Positions 29,931-42,989 of a DNA stretch of 64,000 nt are shown here, piece by piece. The stretch comes from Eledone cirrhosa. Taxonomy: Eukaryota. How positions within the stretch are numbered: the stretch's first letter is position 1; the number at the start of each line of letters is the position of its first letter. Below the pieces are notes generated by a model. That model was not told the origin of the DNA, searched no databases, and saw only the letters and a list, made by a program, of their open reading frames with translations. The position numbers and the translations under genes were made by a program. Where the stretch lies: the NCBI GenBank assembly GCA_964016885.1, contig OZ024756.1, positions 15,810,001-15,874,000 on the forward strand, given 5' to 3'.

Positions 29931-30158
29931 TTTACCCTTTAGCATTCACATTACTCTATATATACTATTGTATTTTCAGAGTAAAGGCTTTATCTCATAT
30001 ACTCATCTCAAATAATATCGATTCTATAAGATTTTGATGTTATTTATTTTGAAACAATACCTTAACATCAGTATAAATGGCCAGTTACGGCAAGTTTGAA
30101 CAGAAAGACGTGAGAGAATTCTGGCTGGATATGGCTGGTTTAAATGCTAAAGGGTTAA
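29931..30158. mobile_element. piggyBac-like MITE (~220 bp); further copies near 36570, 39059, 42032, 44813-46218, 46578, 56197 and 59876
   Basis: TIR CCCTTTAGCATT / AATGCTAAAGGG, mostly with TTAA flanks; conserved interior. Confidence 0.85.
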
Positions 30159-31048
30159 ATCTCAATGCAGTAGGGTTCATACAGAGCTGATATATAAAGA
30201 ATAATAAACACCAAAAAATTGATACATTGTCAAAGTAACACGTTTCAATCAACAGGGATTCATCCAGAAAGTATCCTCAAAGAACATCCATCTGGATTAC
30301 AGAGTCATTTACATATATGTGTTTGTACATAGAACAATAAAAAAGACAGAAGTCAGGTATAGGTATATAGTATACACATGCGCATGCACACACACACAAC
30401 ATATCCTCCTTTAAGATGTAATAACAGTGAACACCATAATGTCTAATTGAGTGCTTGTGCCCTTTTTTCTGTGTTTTTACTGTAATTTTTATTGATTTGC
30501 AAATTGTATTTATATATTTATTAAATTGTCAGTTCTGTTCACTTGTATACTAGCTTATATACCTAAAACGAAACCCCAGAGGAGTGGGATGACATTCTGT
30601 CGGTGTTGAATATGAAAGTATATCAACAATTTCGATGAAACCAGAAATATCTTTTTCCCTTGCTTCTTGTAAATTGAAAGCTGTTTGTCATTTCTGAGAA
30701 TTGTTACATATGGAAATAGATTTAAGTGAAAGATGATATATTTTCATTCACAGTTGTATAAAAACAGAATATAATTCATTGAACAATAATTGTTTCTACT
30801 TTAGGCACAAGGCCAGCAATTACCCAGTGCATTACTGGTACTTTTTATCGACCCCATAAGGATGAAAGGCAAGGTCAACCTCGGCGGGATTTGAACTCAG
30901 ATCATAAAGGGACGTAACTATGCTGGATAGCATGGCGTCCGACCCTCTACCGATACTCCCAATCCACATAACGGAAAACGTGTGTGTAGGGTGTGGAGGG
31001 CAATTCACCACCAAGCGCGACAATCGGCCACACCTCACACCTTAGGGG

Positions 31049-31353
31049 TTAACTACGCATTTTGAGGCAAGCCAATATGCTTGTAGCATTACCCTGGGTG
31101 ATGGTGAGGCTAAGGCGCTGAAATAAGCAAACACCCTTACAGGAATCACCTGGCACCTCAGTAAGGTGAGCCGCCAGTGATAAGAACTTCGTTGTCAGTG
31201 GCCCAACTCCACCAAACGTCTTGAATGCCACAGGGTGGAAAAAATAATTATTAGTTAAGTCCAGGTACTTTGGAATTTTATATCACCGGCGGTGTCCATC
31301 ATGTGGGAGGGAGCGAAAAATTTACTGACTGTGACATCCCAGATGAGACGCCT
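31049..31353 (-). mobile_element. CRE-like non-LTR retrotransposon 3' fragment (restriction-like endonuclease region)
   Basis: LIWDVTV...KY.DL...HPVAFKTFGGVG...LFQRLSLTITQGNATSIL-stop. Confidence 0.65.
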
Positions 31354-31431
31354 ATCTCTCACTTAGAAAATTAACAAAATGAAAGAGAAAAATAAAATTA
31401 AAAGGGTGGAATGGGTGGTGGTGGTAACCTC

Positions 31432-31757
31432 TACAATTTTGCAACCATTTTTCCATGTTTGCATGGGTTGGACAGGTCCTTTTCAGCATAGCATGTGTTC
31501 ATATGCCGTGTTCTTTATCTTCTCTGAGTCGCAGCGATTTGAGATCAGCTCTCTGCCTTGGTCTTCCTTGGGCTACCTCTGCTGTGGCGTCCTTCCACTG
31601 GGATTTCCTGGCACTTCTTCACCCAGCAATCATCTATGCGCATCACATGTCTGTACCAACACAGTCTTCCCTCCTGCACACCGTCTCGGATTCCTCTCAA
31701 ACCCAGCTTCTTGTCTTATTCCTTATATACTGTGTTGCTTGTTCAGAATATGCCATC
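31432..31757 (-). mobile_element. RTE LINE 3' fragment
   Basis: Reverse complement resembles 35400-35710 and 19000-19270. Confidence 0.7.
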
Positions 31758-31782
31758 ATATATATATATATATATATATTTA

Positions 31783-32308
31783 TTTAAATCGTTTTTTAAT
31801 TTATTTAGAGAATTGTTTAATAACCGCTTTCTTCGCTACTTTTTATATTGTTCTGGCATCTCGAATTAGTACCATAGAACCACAAGTATTATAAACAACT
31901 TGAATATTTCTACAGGTACATTGTACCTGTTGAGGTATTCATCCACTTCTATAATTTTTCTCCTTATGTAGAGAACAAAACGTTGAATAATGCTGCTAAT
32001 TTTAGTGGCAATATCAACATGTTTATAATATACAGCTATTATCAGCGACCTGATTTTGCGTGTGTGTCATTTTAACGGCTTGACCGCATGCGTTAGGCAG
32101 GGAGCAAGATATTTACTTGCTATGGGGCTTGCAACCTTATGGTGTGGAAATAGGCTGTCTGAAGATTCATTTCTTTCCATTGGAAATTCTCTGGATTTCC
32201 AATCTTTCGGAATGATGAAACCGTCGGTAACAGCAATGGAACAGATGATTATTTAAATCGTTTTTTAATTTATTTAGAGAATTGTTTAATAACCGCTTGC
32301 TCCGCTAC

Positions 32309-32316
<8 letters not shown>
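31783..32316 (+). mobile_element. Penelope-like pLTR remnant with a ~66-bp terminal direct repeat
   Basis: atttaaatcgtttttt...cgctactttttatat at 31783-31848 and 32251-32316; (TA)n on both sides; contains a hammerhead. Confidence 0.65.
32154..32234 (+). ncRNA. Type I hammerhead motif, family 4
   Basis: Stem I GCUGU/ACAGC; CUGAAGA 32159-32165; U.U mismatch then UCAUUUC/GGAAUGA plus an 11-bp inner hairpin; GAAA 32217-32220; stem III ACC-GUC-GGU; GUA triplet. Confidence 0.7.
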
Positions 32317-32344
<28 letters not shown>

Positions 32345-32447
32345 GTGTTTCCGTAGGAAAGGTAAAGGAAAGAAGAGTGCTCTATGTAGGCTACAGAGTC
32401 TGTCTTCGTGAAACCTTTGGTAAATGGAATAATTGTCTTATGTTTAT

Positions 32448-32510
<63 letters not shown>

Positions 32511-32512
<2 letters not shown>

Positions 32513-32854
32513 AGGCACATGGCTTAGTGGTTAGAGCATTGGCCTTGCAATCGAGAGGTTGTGAGTTCAATTCTCAGACCGGGTGATGTGTTGTTTCCTT
32601 GAGCAAGACACTTTATTTCACATTGCTCCAGTTTACTCAGCTGTAGAAATGAGATGAAAGGACTGGGGTCCCTATCATTCCACTGCAAAGTGGTCGTGGA
32701 GGTGCCAATGTCAAAAAAAGAACCCAGCACTCACTGTAAATGAGGTTGGTGTTAGGAAGGGCATCCAGCTGTAGAAATCAAGCCAGAATCAGTTCCCGTC
32801 TCACCCTTGCAAGCAGGGAAAAAGCGGACGTAAAATGAAATGAAATGAATGAAT
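32511..32854 (+). mobile_element. tRNA-derived SINE with CORE-like centre and RTE-derived tail (family A); copies at 34460-34795, 44838-45180, 61015-61362, 62254-62589 and a partial minus copy at 62588-62715
   Basis: A box TGGCTTAGTGG; B box GAGTTCAATTC; CCTTGAGCAAGACACTT; 3' part shared with the RTE 3' UTR (gttaggaagggcatcca...ggacgt); simple-repeat tail. Confidence 0.85.
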
Positions 32855-33344
32855 ACATATATATACATATATATATAATAAAATGTCCATGTTGAAATCC
32901 TAGCTGAAGAAAGAAAAAAGAAAATTTAAGAGATGTCTGAATGTTATCTGTGAGTCTGTTGTTATATTTTATCAATACTACTATTTCATTATCAGTTGGT
33001 ACAACTAGTACATGGCCTTGTACATACATACCACATTCCTATTTCTTTACTAACCATTTCCCCCCTCTCTCTCTCTCTCGTTAGAATTGTTTTAAACAAT
33101 TACATGTGGTTGTATTACAATACAACAGTGGATTGGTAGTATTGATAGTGTCAGACAACATGCTTTGCAGCATAGAGTTACTGCCCTTTAGGTTCTGAGT
33201 TCAAATCCCACTGGGGTCAGCTTTGCCTTTCAACGTTACGGGGGTCGATAAAATAAAGTGCCAGTCATGCACTGGGGTTGATTTAATCGACTTTCCCCTC
33301 CCCATCAAATTGCTGGCCTTGTGCCTAAAGTAGAAACAATTTAT

Positions 33345-33690
33345 AGTCTATCACAATAACATCTGGTATTATTACATCTCTGTGATATCACAATAACATG
33401 TGATATTATAACAGCTCTGTGGTATCACAATTACATGTGGTATTATTATTACATTACAACAGCTGTGTGATATCACAATCACATGTATTATTACAACAGC
33501 TCTGTGATATCACCATAACATGTGATATTATAACAGCTTTGTGATATCACCATAACATGTGGTATTATAACAGGTCTGTGATATCACCATAACGTGGTAT
33601 TATAGCAGCTGTGTGATATCACAAAAACATGTGGTATTATTACAACAGCTCTGTGGTATCACAATCACATGTAGTATTATTACAACCTCC
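33345..33690. repeat. Degenerate minisatellite (gtgatatcacaataacatgtggtattataacagctct-like unit)
   Basis: About 9 imperfect tandem copies. Confidence 0.8.
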
Positions 33691-34020
33691 ACATCTACAG
33701 TAACCTGATCTTCTTCACCGTCATACTTAGCTGGTTTTGGCTAGTCCAGTGTATCTTCACACAGGACTGAGCCCCCACCTCGCCCCCGTCACTATGGTCA
33801 GAATAGCTATCATCAGCATAGTAGTGTCTATAAAAGCAGGTATCTCCCTACCATACTAGCCCAACACCTATCAACCCTACCCACTAGCTTGCCATTCAGG
33901 GATAGTCTGTGACAATAATAATACCTAGGTCGCAGGTCATCTCCAAAAGAAATATTTTTTCTATATTTTTCCTTTACTTTCTCTGTTTGTGTATGCCGCA
34001 ATTCCTTTACTGATTAACTA

Positions 34021-34384
34021 CGAGGGCAATCCCAAAAGTAAGGTCTCCTTCCGATATTGCAACTTTTCCGTTAAAATCCTGTGGATGGTACTTTGGGAAA
34101 CCTCAGGAACCAAAATGCAGAGAGCATCCAGAGTGATCCGCCGATCTTTACGCATGTTTTCCTTGGAAGGAGACCTTACTTTTGGGATTGCCCTCTATAT
34201 AATAACTGCGCGAAATTCACACTTGGCGGTAGCTTTCAACAGGAGCTCCATTCTCAACGGCTGCCAAGCCAAGATTGAGCATCCCAGTGAAGGAGGCACC
34301 AATCACAACAGTGTTGCCAACAGCCATACGAACAGTTTCTGTGTCCCCATCGCTTTGGAGACCTTACTTTTGGGATTACCCTCG
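34021..34384. mobile_element. Mariner-type MITE with an extra internal TIR
   Basis: TA|CGAGGGCAATCCCAAAAGTAAGGTCTCC at 34021; inverted copies at 34169-34195 and 34357-34384|TA. Confidence 0.8.
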
Positions 34385-35060
34385 TAATTATGCAATCCAC
34401 ACCTGATGGTGTTGCCAGGACCTTACATAACCTAGCCATTGAGATATATATATATATATGGAAGCACATGGCTTAGTGGTTAGAGCATTGGCCTTGCAAT
34501 CGAAAGGTTGTGAGTTCAATTCTCAGACCGGGTGATGTGTTGTTTCCTTGAGCAAGACACTTTATTTCACATTGCTCCAGTTTACTCAGCTGTAGAAATG
34601 AGATGATAGGGACTGGGGTCCATATCATTCCACTGCAAAGTGGTCGTGGAGGTGCCACGGCAAAAAAGCACCCAGCTCACACTGTAAATGAGGTTGGTGT
34701 TAGGAAGGGCATCCAGCTGTAGAAATCTAGCCAGAATCAGTTCCCATCCCACCCTTGCAAGCAGGGAAAAGCGGACGTAAAATGATGATGATGATAGATA
34801 TATATACATATATATATATATGTGCAACGAAAGAACTTTCTTAGACTATATATATGTGTTTATATCTATATTATGTCTGTATTTTTGACCGTTGGTCAGT
34901 CAATGATAAACATTGAGGACCGAATGAATTAACTGTGGAGATATAAAAGATACGGAAGCGAAAACCAACCAAACAGTGAGTGTGTTCTGTTATTATTTCT
35001 GGCAATATCATTACAACAATATGACCCTCCCCAAGTATAACAATATATATATATACATAC

Positions 35061-35119
<59 letters not shown>

Positions 35120-35307
35120 CATACATATATATATATATATATATACATACATATATAGTGTTTTTGCAACAATAAAACTCTAACCCTTTAGCATTTAAAC
35201 TGGCCGTATCTGGCCAGAATTCTCACATTTCTTTCTGTTCAAACCAGCTGTAACCGGCGACTCTTGCTGGTGTTAAGGTATTGTTCTCAAAATAAATATC
35301 AAAATCT

Positions 35308-35712
35308 CAGTAGTGAGACATGGGCAGCAAGTGCAGAGGATATGCGACAGCTGGAGAGAAATGAAGCAAGCATGTTCCGTTGGATGTGCAATGTCAATGT
35401 GCGTGAGTTAAGAGAGAAACTGTGTTTAAGAGGGATAAATTGTAGTGTGCGGGAGAGAAGACTGTGAAGGTATAGACATGTGATGCACATGGAGGATGAC
35501 TGCTGAGTAAAGAAGTGCCAAGAAATGCCAGTAGAAGGAAGACGCAGTAGAGGAAGACCACGAAAAACATGGGCGGAGGTGGTGAGAGCAGACCTCAGAT
35601 TGCTGAAGCTCACAGAGATGACAAAGGACCGTGACAAGTGTAGAGATGCTGTGATGAATAGGACCCGTCCCACCCTTGCAACCAGGGAAAAGCGGACGTA
35701 AAATGATGATGA
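35308..35712 (+). mobile_element. RTE LINE 3' fragment
   Basis: SETWAASAEDMRQLERNEASMFRWMC...; (GAT)n tail. Confidence 0.85.
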
Positions 35713-37229
35713 TATATATCTATTATTATTAAATGAGTGGAGGCCATATTCAGTTGATTCAGATTTATTTAAAACTGAGGACTATCAGTTATGAGGCCGA
35801 GCTCTTCAGACAGCCAAACCTATAAAAACAATGAAAGTTCCTAAAAAAAAAAAACTCTTTAAGTTTAGAAAAATCGAATAACTTCCTTGAAAAAGATTTT
35901 CTTTTCTTGATACAGGGGGTCAGCTTGATGCATGGTGTTGGACACATATATCATCATAATCATCATTTAATGTCTGTTTTTTATGCTTGCATAGGTTAGA
36001 TGGGCTGTCATGTACTTAGAATTGACTGGTCAGGTGATCACATCTTGTTCATATACTCCAGTCTCCAACAGATGGTCATACGTCCAGATCGCAGTAAGAA
36101 GGTGGTGGTTTGAGGGACATATGTCCAGATCGGAGTAAGTAGGTGGTGGTTTGAGGGACATATGTCCAGATCGGAGTAAGTAGGTGGTGGTTTGGGACCT
36201 CAGGACACCAGATGTTTTTATGGCTATAGATTCATCAAGAAGCAGTCCCGATTACAGTAAAGGGATAGTTTGGAGCCCCAGGGCACGAGATGTATTTACT
36301 GATATTGGTTTGATGATAAACTTATAGGATTGTGGCTGATGTTTTAACAGCTGGTGATATAGAGCTTGTGAGTCAACAGAACCAGTGACTGGCAGATTTC
36401 TCCAAGTTGCTGCCAGTTGAATCTCAGATGAGGAGCTTACCACCTCAGAATGGAATGATAGTAATGCCATCCCTCTTGGTGTAACCTAGCTGGTCCCAGC
36501 TGCAAAGGGAAGCCAACCACAGTTAATGATCTCATTGAGAGGAGCATATTATGGGTGATAGCATAACATTTAACCCTTTATTATTCACATTACTCTATAT
36601 ATACTATTGTATTTTCATGGTAAATGCTTTATCTCACATAATATCTCACATAATATCGAATCTGAGATTTTGAAAGTATTTATTTTGAGAACAATACCTT
36701 AACATCAGTTTGAGCGACCAATTACAGCCAGTTTCAACAGAAAAAGGTAGAGAATTCTGGCCGGTTTGAACATTAAAGGGTTAATTGGGAGTGAATTTGA
36801 GGAAGCCTGTTGAGTGTGAGTGTGTGTGTGTGTGTGTGTGTTTTAAGCCCTTTGATAATAGTAATAGCCATGTTATTCATTTTAAATATAATTTGGTACC
36901 CACTTCTTTTGATAATGATAACTTCTTCTTTGGCCACTTATTCCTGAGAGGGTCGTGGGGGTAGAGTCCTCACACATTCCTTCCAGTGGGTCCTGTCAAA
37001 AGCAGCTGGATCCCCAAGCAAGACCAGCCAAGATCATGGATGTTTTATCCAACCATCTTGTTTGGGATCTACCCCTGGGTCTCCTGCCAGTTGGTTTTGC
37101 TCATAAAATCTGTCCAGCAATTCTTTTCTGGGACATTCTAATCACATGTCCATAGTATCAGAGCTAGCTGCGATCTCTCGATTCGGAGAAATTCGAGTAA
37201 CTCTTTAGTCTTCAAGCTACGCACTCTAT

Positions 37230-37634
37230 TGTGTAACATTACTCCAAAGACCTTTCGAAGAAACCAGTTCTATTCCTGTTTAGAGTCATTTTCGTCTGAA
37301 ATAAATTATGTACCTTCTCTACTTAATGTATTGAGTACTTTAATTATGGTTTCCTTTTGTTGTTCTATGGAAAACCATTCTCCTTTTCTCTCTCTCGCTA
37401 TCTCTATCTATCTATCTATCTATCATCATCATTTTACGTCCACTCTTCCCTGCTTGCAAAAAAAAGAAAATGATGATGATAGAGATAGCGAGAGAGAGAA
37501 AGAGAGAATGGTTTTCCATAGTTAAAGTACTCAATACATTAAGTAGAGTAGGTACATAATTTATTTCAGACGAAAATGACTCCAACAAGAATAGAACTGG
37601 TTTCTCTGAAAGGTCTTTGGAGTAATGTTACACA
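37230..37634. repeat. Fold-back inverted duplication
   Basis: 37230-37435 is reverse-complementary to 37467-37634, with indels. Confidence 0.85.
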
Positions 37635-38295
37635 TCTATCTATCTATCTATATATCTATATATATATATATATGTGTGTGTGCATGTGTATATCTATATC
37701 AATTGGAAAAAGTGTCCTGCATGGCTTAGATCATACAAGAGGAATAAAAACAGGCGGACAAAGACAACGGAGAAATTGATGAAACACCACAGTCCCTTCT
37801 CATCAGTCAACCTCTGGAGGTACTCGTGGTTTCTGTTCTTCAAAGTTGATACCACAAGCTCTAGTGCAAATAGGACAGTAACAAATAGATGCAAGACAGG
37901 ACAAATAACCTTTTGACTTTTCCATGCTGGCATGGGTATAAATGGAATGGTTTAAGACAATGTTTTATAGCCAGATGCCCTTCCTGATGCAAGCCCTTTA
38001 CCATTTACATTACTCTATATATACTATTATACTATTACATTTTCACAGTAAAGGCTTTACCTCACATGATATCGAATCTATGAAATTTTGATATTATTTA
38101 TTTTAAGAACAATACATTAACATCAGGGGAGAGAATTCTGACTGGATACAGTGGGTTTAAATGCTAAAGGGTTAAGGTGCCTCTTACAATATACATGGAT
38201 ACAGTGTACCTATTTCAAAAAACTGGGCCACATGGCATTATATAAACAGACACACAGCCATGCATACATACCACCATTTGCCACAAACTCTGTGA

Positions 38296-38345
<50 letters not shown>

Positions 38346-38379
38346 TAGCTATATACACATATATCACAGTTTGTACACA

Positions 38380-38436
<57 letters not shown>

Positions 38437-39548
38437 AGGGGGTGTCCCTGGAGACTGAAAACTGGGTTAGTTCATTAGTTAAAGTGACTGAAAGCTCCCA
38501 TTGCCACCAACCAAATTGGAACTGGGTGTGAAGGTGTGGGGTGAGGTTGTGTGTAGGGTATGGTGGTGGTGGTGGTGGTACTAGGTGGGTGAGGGTTGGA
38601 GCTATGGGTGTGTGGTGGTGGTACTAGGTGGGTTAGGGTTGGAGCTATGGGTGTGTGGAGTGTGTGGTGGTGGTACTAGGTGGGTGAGGGTTGGAACTAT
38701 GGGTATGTGGACTGTGTGGTAGTGGTGGTGGCTACTGAGCAAGGCTGGAAGTGATGGCTGTGTGGTGGTGGTGGTTGTTGGAGTCAATGGGTAGTGTGAT
38801 TGGAAGAGGAAATGAACCAGTCTAAAGTAGGAAAGATTACTAGGGTGGTGGTGGTGCCACTTTTTGCAAAGAGGAAACTGGTTTATGTACTATAGTTTGT
38901 GTATATTCAATATTATAAAGCTAGTCTATACTATGTAGTTAGCTAGTCAGTCTGTGTGTGTGTGTGTGTGTGTGTACTCGCGCGCGCGCACACACCTTTG
39001 CTGTTTATCTTTCTGGAGGGTTGATAAAACAAACTACCAGTCAAGTACTGAGGTCAATTTAACCCTTTGGCATTTATATTACTCTCTCTCTCTCTCTCTC
39101 TTTCTCTTTCTCTCTCTTTCTCTCTCTCTCTCTACTATTGTATTTTCACTGTAAACACTTTATTTCACATAATTATCTCACCCAATATCGAATCTATGAG
39201 ATTTTGACATTGTTTGTTTTGAGAACAATACCTTAATATAAGTATGAGCAGCCAGTTACAGCAAGTTTGAATAGAAAGAGGTGAGAGAATTCTGGCTGAT
39301 AGCCCGCTTTAAATTCTAAAGGGTTAATGAACTGTTACTGTGCCACAAATTGTTGGCCTTGTGTCTAAATATGAAACTACGACTATTATGTTTTTCATAG
39401 TTTGCCCAGTAATCAGACCTTCTTCTGTCTGTTGAATCTTATGAAGGACCTTGGACAGAGAATATTTTTTCTGGCTATATATATAGTGCTCAGCAGGGCC
39501 ATTTTTTTGTAGGGGAACAATTTGTATTTCAAGGTTTATGGGAAGTGA

Positions 39549-41556
39549 TTGCAGAGGGCATATGTAGGTTGGAGAGAAATGAAGCTACCATGCTTCGTTG
39601 AATGTGTGACTGCAGAGGACATGTAGGTTGGAGAGAAATGAAGCTACTGTGCTTCGTTGGATGTGTGACTGCAGAGGACGTGTGTAGGTTGGAGAGAAAT
39701 GAAGCTACTGTGCTTCGTTGAATGTGTGACTGCAGAGGACGTGTGTAGGTTGGAGAGAAATGAAGCTACTGTGCTTCGTTGAATGTGTGACTGCAGAGGA
39801 CGTGTGTAGGCTGGAGAGAAATGAAGCTACCGTGCTTTGTTGGATGTGTGACTGCAGAGGACGTGTGTAGGTTGGAGAGAAATGAAGCTACCATGCTTCG
39901 TTGGATGTGTGACTGCAGAGGACGTGTGTAGGTTGGAGAGAAATGAAGCTACTGTGCTTCATTGGATGTGTGACTGCAGAGGACGTGTGTAGGTTGGAGA
40001 GAAATGAAGCTACTGTGCTTCGTTGAATGTGTGACTGCAGAGGACGTGTGTAGGTTGGAGAGAAATGAAGCTACCGTGCTTCGTTGAAAGTGTCGCTGCA
40101 GAGGATGTGTGTAGGTTGGAGAGAAATGAAGCTACCGTGCTTCGTTGGATGTGTCGCTGCAGAGGACATGTGTAGGCTGGAGAGAAATGGAGCTGCTGTG
40201 CTTTGTTGAATGTGTGACTGCAGAGGACGTGTGTAGGTTGGAGAGAAATGAAGCTACCGTGCTTCGATAGATGTGTGACTGCAGAGGACGTGTGTAGGTT
40301 GGAGAGAAATGAAGCTACCGTGCTTCGTTGGATGTGTGACTGCAGAGGACGTGTGTAGGCTGGAGAGAAATGAAGCTACTGTGCTTCGTTGGATGTGTGA
40401 CTGCAGAGGACGTGTGTAGGCTGGAGAGAAATGAAGCTACCGTGCTTCGTTGGATGTGTCGCTGCAGAGGACGTGTGTAGGTTGGAGAGAAATGAAGCTA
40501 CCGTGCTTCGTTGGATGTGTCGCTGCAGAGGACGTGTGTAGGCTGGAGAGAAATGAAGCTACCGTGCTTCGTTGGATGTGTCGCTGCAGAGGACGTGTGT
40601 AGGTTGGAGAGAAATGAAGCTACCGTGCTTCGTTGGATGTGTCGCTGCAGAGGACGTGTGTAGGCTGGAGAGAAATGAAGCTACCGTGCTTCGTTGGATG
40701 TGTCGCTGCAGAGGACGTGTGTAGGTTGGAGAGAAATGAAGCTACCGTGCTTCGTTGGATGTGTCGCTGCAGAGGACGTGTGTAGGCTGGAGAGAAATGG
40801 AGCTGCTGTGCTTTGTTGAATGTGTGACTGCAGAGGACGTGTGTAGGCTGGAGAGAAATGAAGCTACTGTGCTTCGTTGGATGTGTGACTGCAGAGGACG
40901 TGTGTAGGCTGGAGAGAAATGAAGCTACTGTGCTTCGTTGGATGTGTGACTGCAGAGGACGTGTGTAGGCTGGAGAGAAATGAAGCTACCGTGCTTCGTT
41001 GGATGTGTCGCTGCAGAGGACGTGTGTAGGTTGGAGAGAAATGAAGTTACCGTGCTTCGTTGGATGTGTCGCTGCAGAGGACGTGTGTAGGTTGGAGAGA
41101 AATGAAGCTACCATGCTTCGTTGGATGTGTCGCTGCAGAGGACGTGTGTAGGCTGGAGAGAAATGAAGCTACCGTGCTTCGTTGGATGTGTCGCTGCAGA
41201 GGACGTGTGTAGGTTGGAGAGAAATGAAGCTACCGTGCTTCGTTGGATGTGTCGCTGCAGAGGACGTGTGTAGGCTGGAGAGAAATGGAGCTGCTGTGCT
41301 TTGTTGAATGTGTGACTGCAGAGGACGTGTGTAGGCTGGAGAGAAATGAAGCTACTGTGCTTCGTTGGATGTGTGACTGCAGAGGACGTGTGTAGGCTGG
41401 AGAGAAATGAAGCTACTGTGCTTCGTTGGATGTGTCGCTGCAGAGGACGTGTGTTGGCTGGAGAGAAATGAAGCTACTGTGCTTCGTTGGATGTGTGACT
41501 GCAGAGGACGTGTGTAGGCTGGAGAGAAATGAAGCTACCATGCTTCGATAGATGTG
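39549..41556 (+). repeat. 61-bp tandem array (~33 copies) derived from RTE coding sequence, followed by the RTE 3' end (41557-41890)
   Basis: Unit ctgcagaggacgtgtgtaggttggagagaaatgaagctaccgtgcttcgttggatgtgtga corresponds to the [19 protein letters not shown] segment. Confidence 0.95.
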
Positions 41557-42989
41557 CATTATAAATGTGAGAGAATGGCAGAGCGTGGATGAACTGAGAA
41601 AGAAACTGGGTTTAAGAGGAATTGAAAGTTGTGTGCAAGAGAGAAGACTGCATTTGTATGGACATGTGATGCTCCTGGATGATGATTGCTGAATGAAGTG
41701 CCAGGAAATTCTAGTTAAAGGAAGCCTCAGTAGAGGACGACCAAGAAAGACCTAGGCACAGGTTGTCAAAGCTTATCTCAAATTGCTCAGACTGACAGAG
41801 ATGACGACGAAGGAACGTGACAAGTAGAGAGATGCCGTGCTGAAAAGGACCCATTGAAGCCATGCAAGTTTTTGAAAATGGATGTAAAAATGGTTTGCTC
41901 AAGATATCCCCTGTTTTAGTGATATAGCTCCCAGGTAGAGATGACAACTGGAATTACCTTTATGTTAGGTGGCATGGACATGTTTTACGTTCTGAGTTCA
42001 AATCACACTGAGATTAGTTTTGCTTTTCATCCTTAACCCTTTAGCATTTACATTATTCTATATTTATTGTTTTTCACAGTAAACACTTTATTTCACATAA
42101 TTATCTCACATAATATAGAATCTGAGCAGTATCGGTAGAGGGTCGGACGCTATGCTTTGACGCACAGAGTTACGCCCCTTGCCATTCTGAGTTCAAATCG
42201 TGCCGAGGTTAACTTTGCCTTTCATCCTTACGGGGTTGATAAAATAAAGTACCAGTAATGTACTGGATAATTGCTGGCCTTGTGCCAAAAGTAGAAACAA
42301 TTTTTATTTTGAGAACAGTACCTTGACATAAGTATTTGCAGCTGGTTATGGCTGGTTGAATAGAAAGAGGTGAGAGAATTCTGGCCGGATATGGCCAGTT
42401 TAAATGCTAAAGGGTTAAGGTGGTTAATAAAATAAAGTACCAATAATGCACTGAAGTTGATTTGACTTTCTCCTTCCCTTCAAATTGCTGGCCTTGTGCC
42501 AAAAGTAGAAACAATTATTAATAGATCAAGGTTATGGGCTGGCAAAATTGTTGGTGTTGCGGTATCAGATGAAGCAATTTTTGGTATGTGCTGAGGTCAA
42601 GTACCAGTAAGATAAGGTCCACCATATAAATGGAACCCCCACAACACAAAAAAAAAATTCTGGCTGTGTGCCTTAATCAGAAACCCTTATTATTTTGGGT
42701 GGTACAACAGTGGTGGATTGGCAGTAATTGGTAGAGCATCAAGCTTTGCCTCATAATTACGGTTCTTTACATTCTGAGTTTAGCTTTACCTTTCACCCTT
42801 CCGGGGGGGGGGGGTTAGTAAAATAAAGTACCATTAATGCACTGGGTTTTGATTTATTCAACTTCACCCCCTTCCTTTGAAATTGCTGGCCTTGTGCCTA
42901 AATTATAAATCCATATTATTTTAGGTACTACACAGTAGGGAGGTATTTAGTTGAGAATGTAGGAGAGAGAAGGTCAAATGTTGAAGTTT

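Noticed and set aside
30236-30700. Hammerhead-like motif at 30240 and candidate minus-strand exons at 30563-30680
   Set aside because: The motif has an insertion in the core and no stem I; the exon frames are ambiguous with no recognisable homology.
32511-32585. tRNA gene
   Set aside because: It is a SINE head with A and B boxes, repeated with the same body and tail; no full cloverleaf is evident.
37795-37835. Type II hammerhead on the minus strand
   Set aside because: Four extra nucleotides separate stem I from CUGAUGA, and stem II does not pair.
39549-41556. CRISPR-like appearance of the regular arrays
   Set aside because: There are no unique spacers or cas genes, and the context is eukaryotic.
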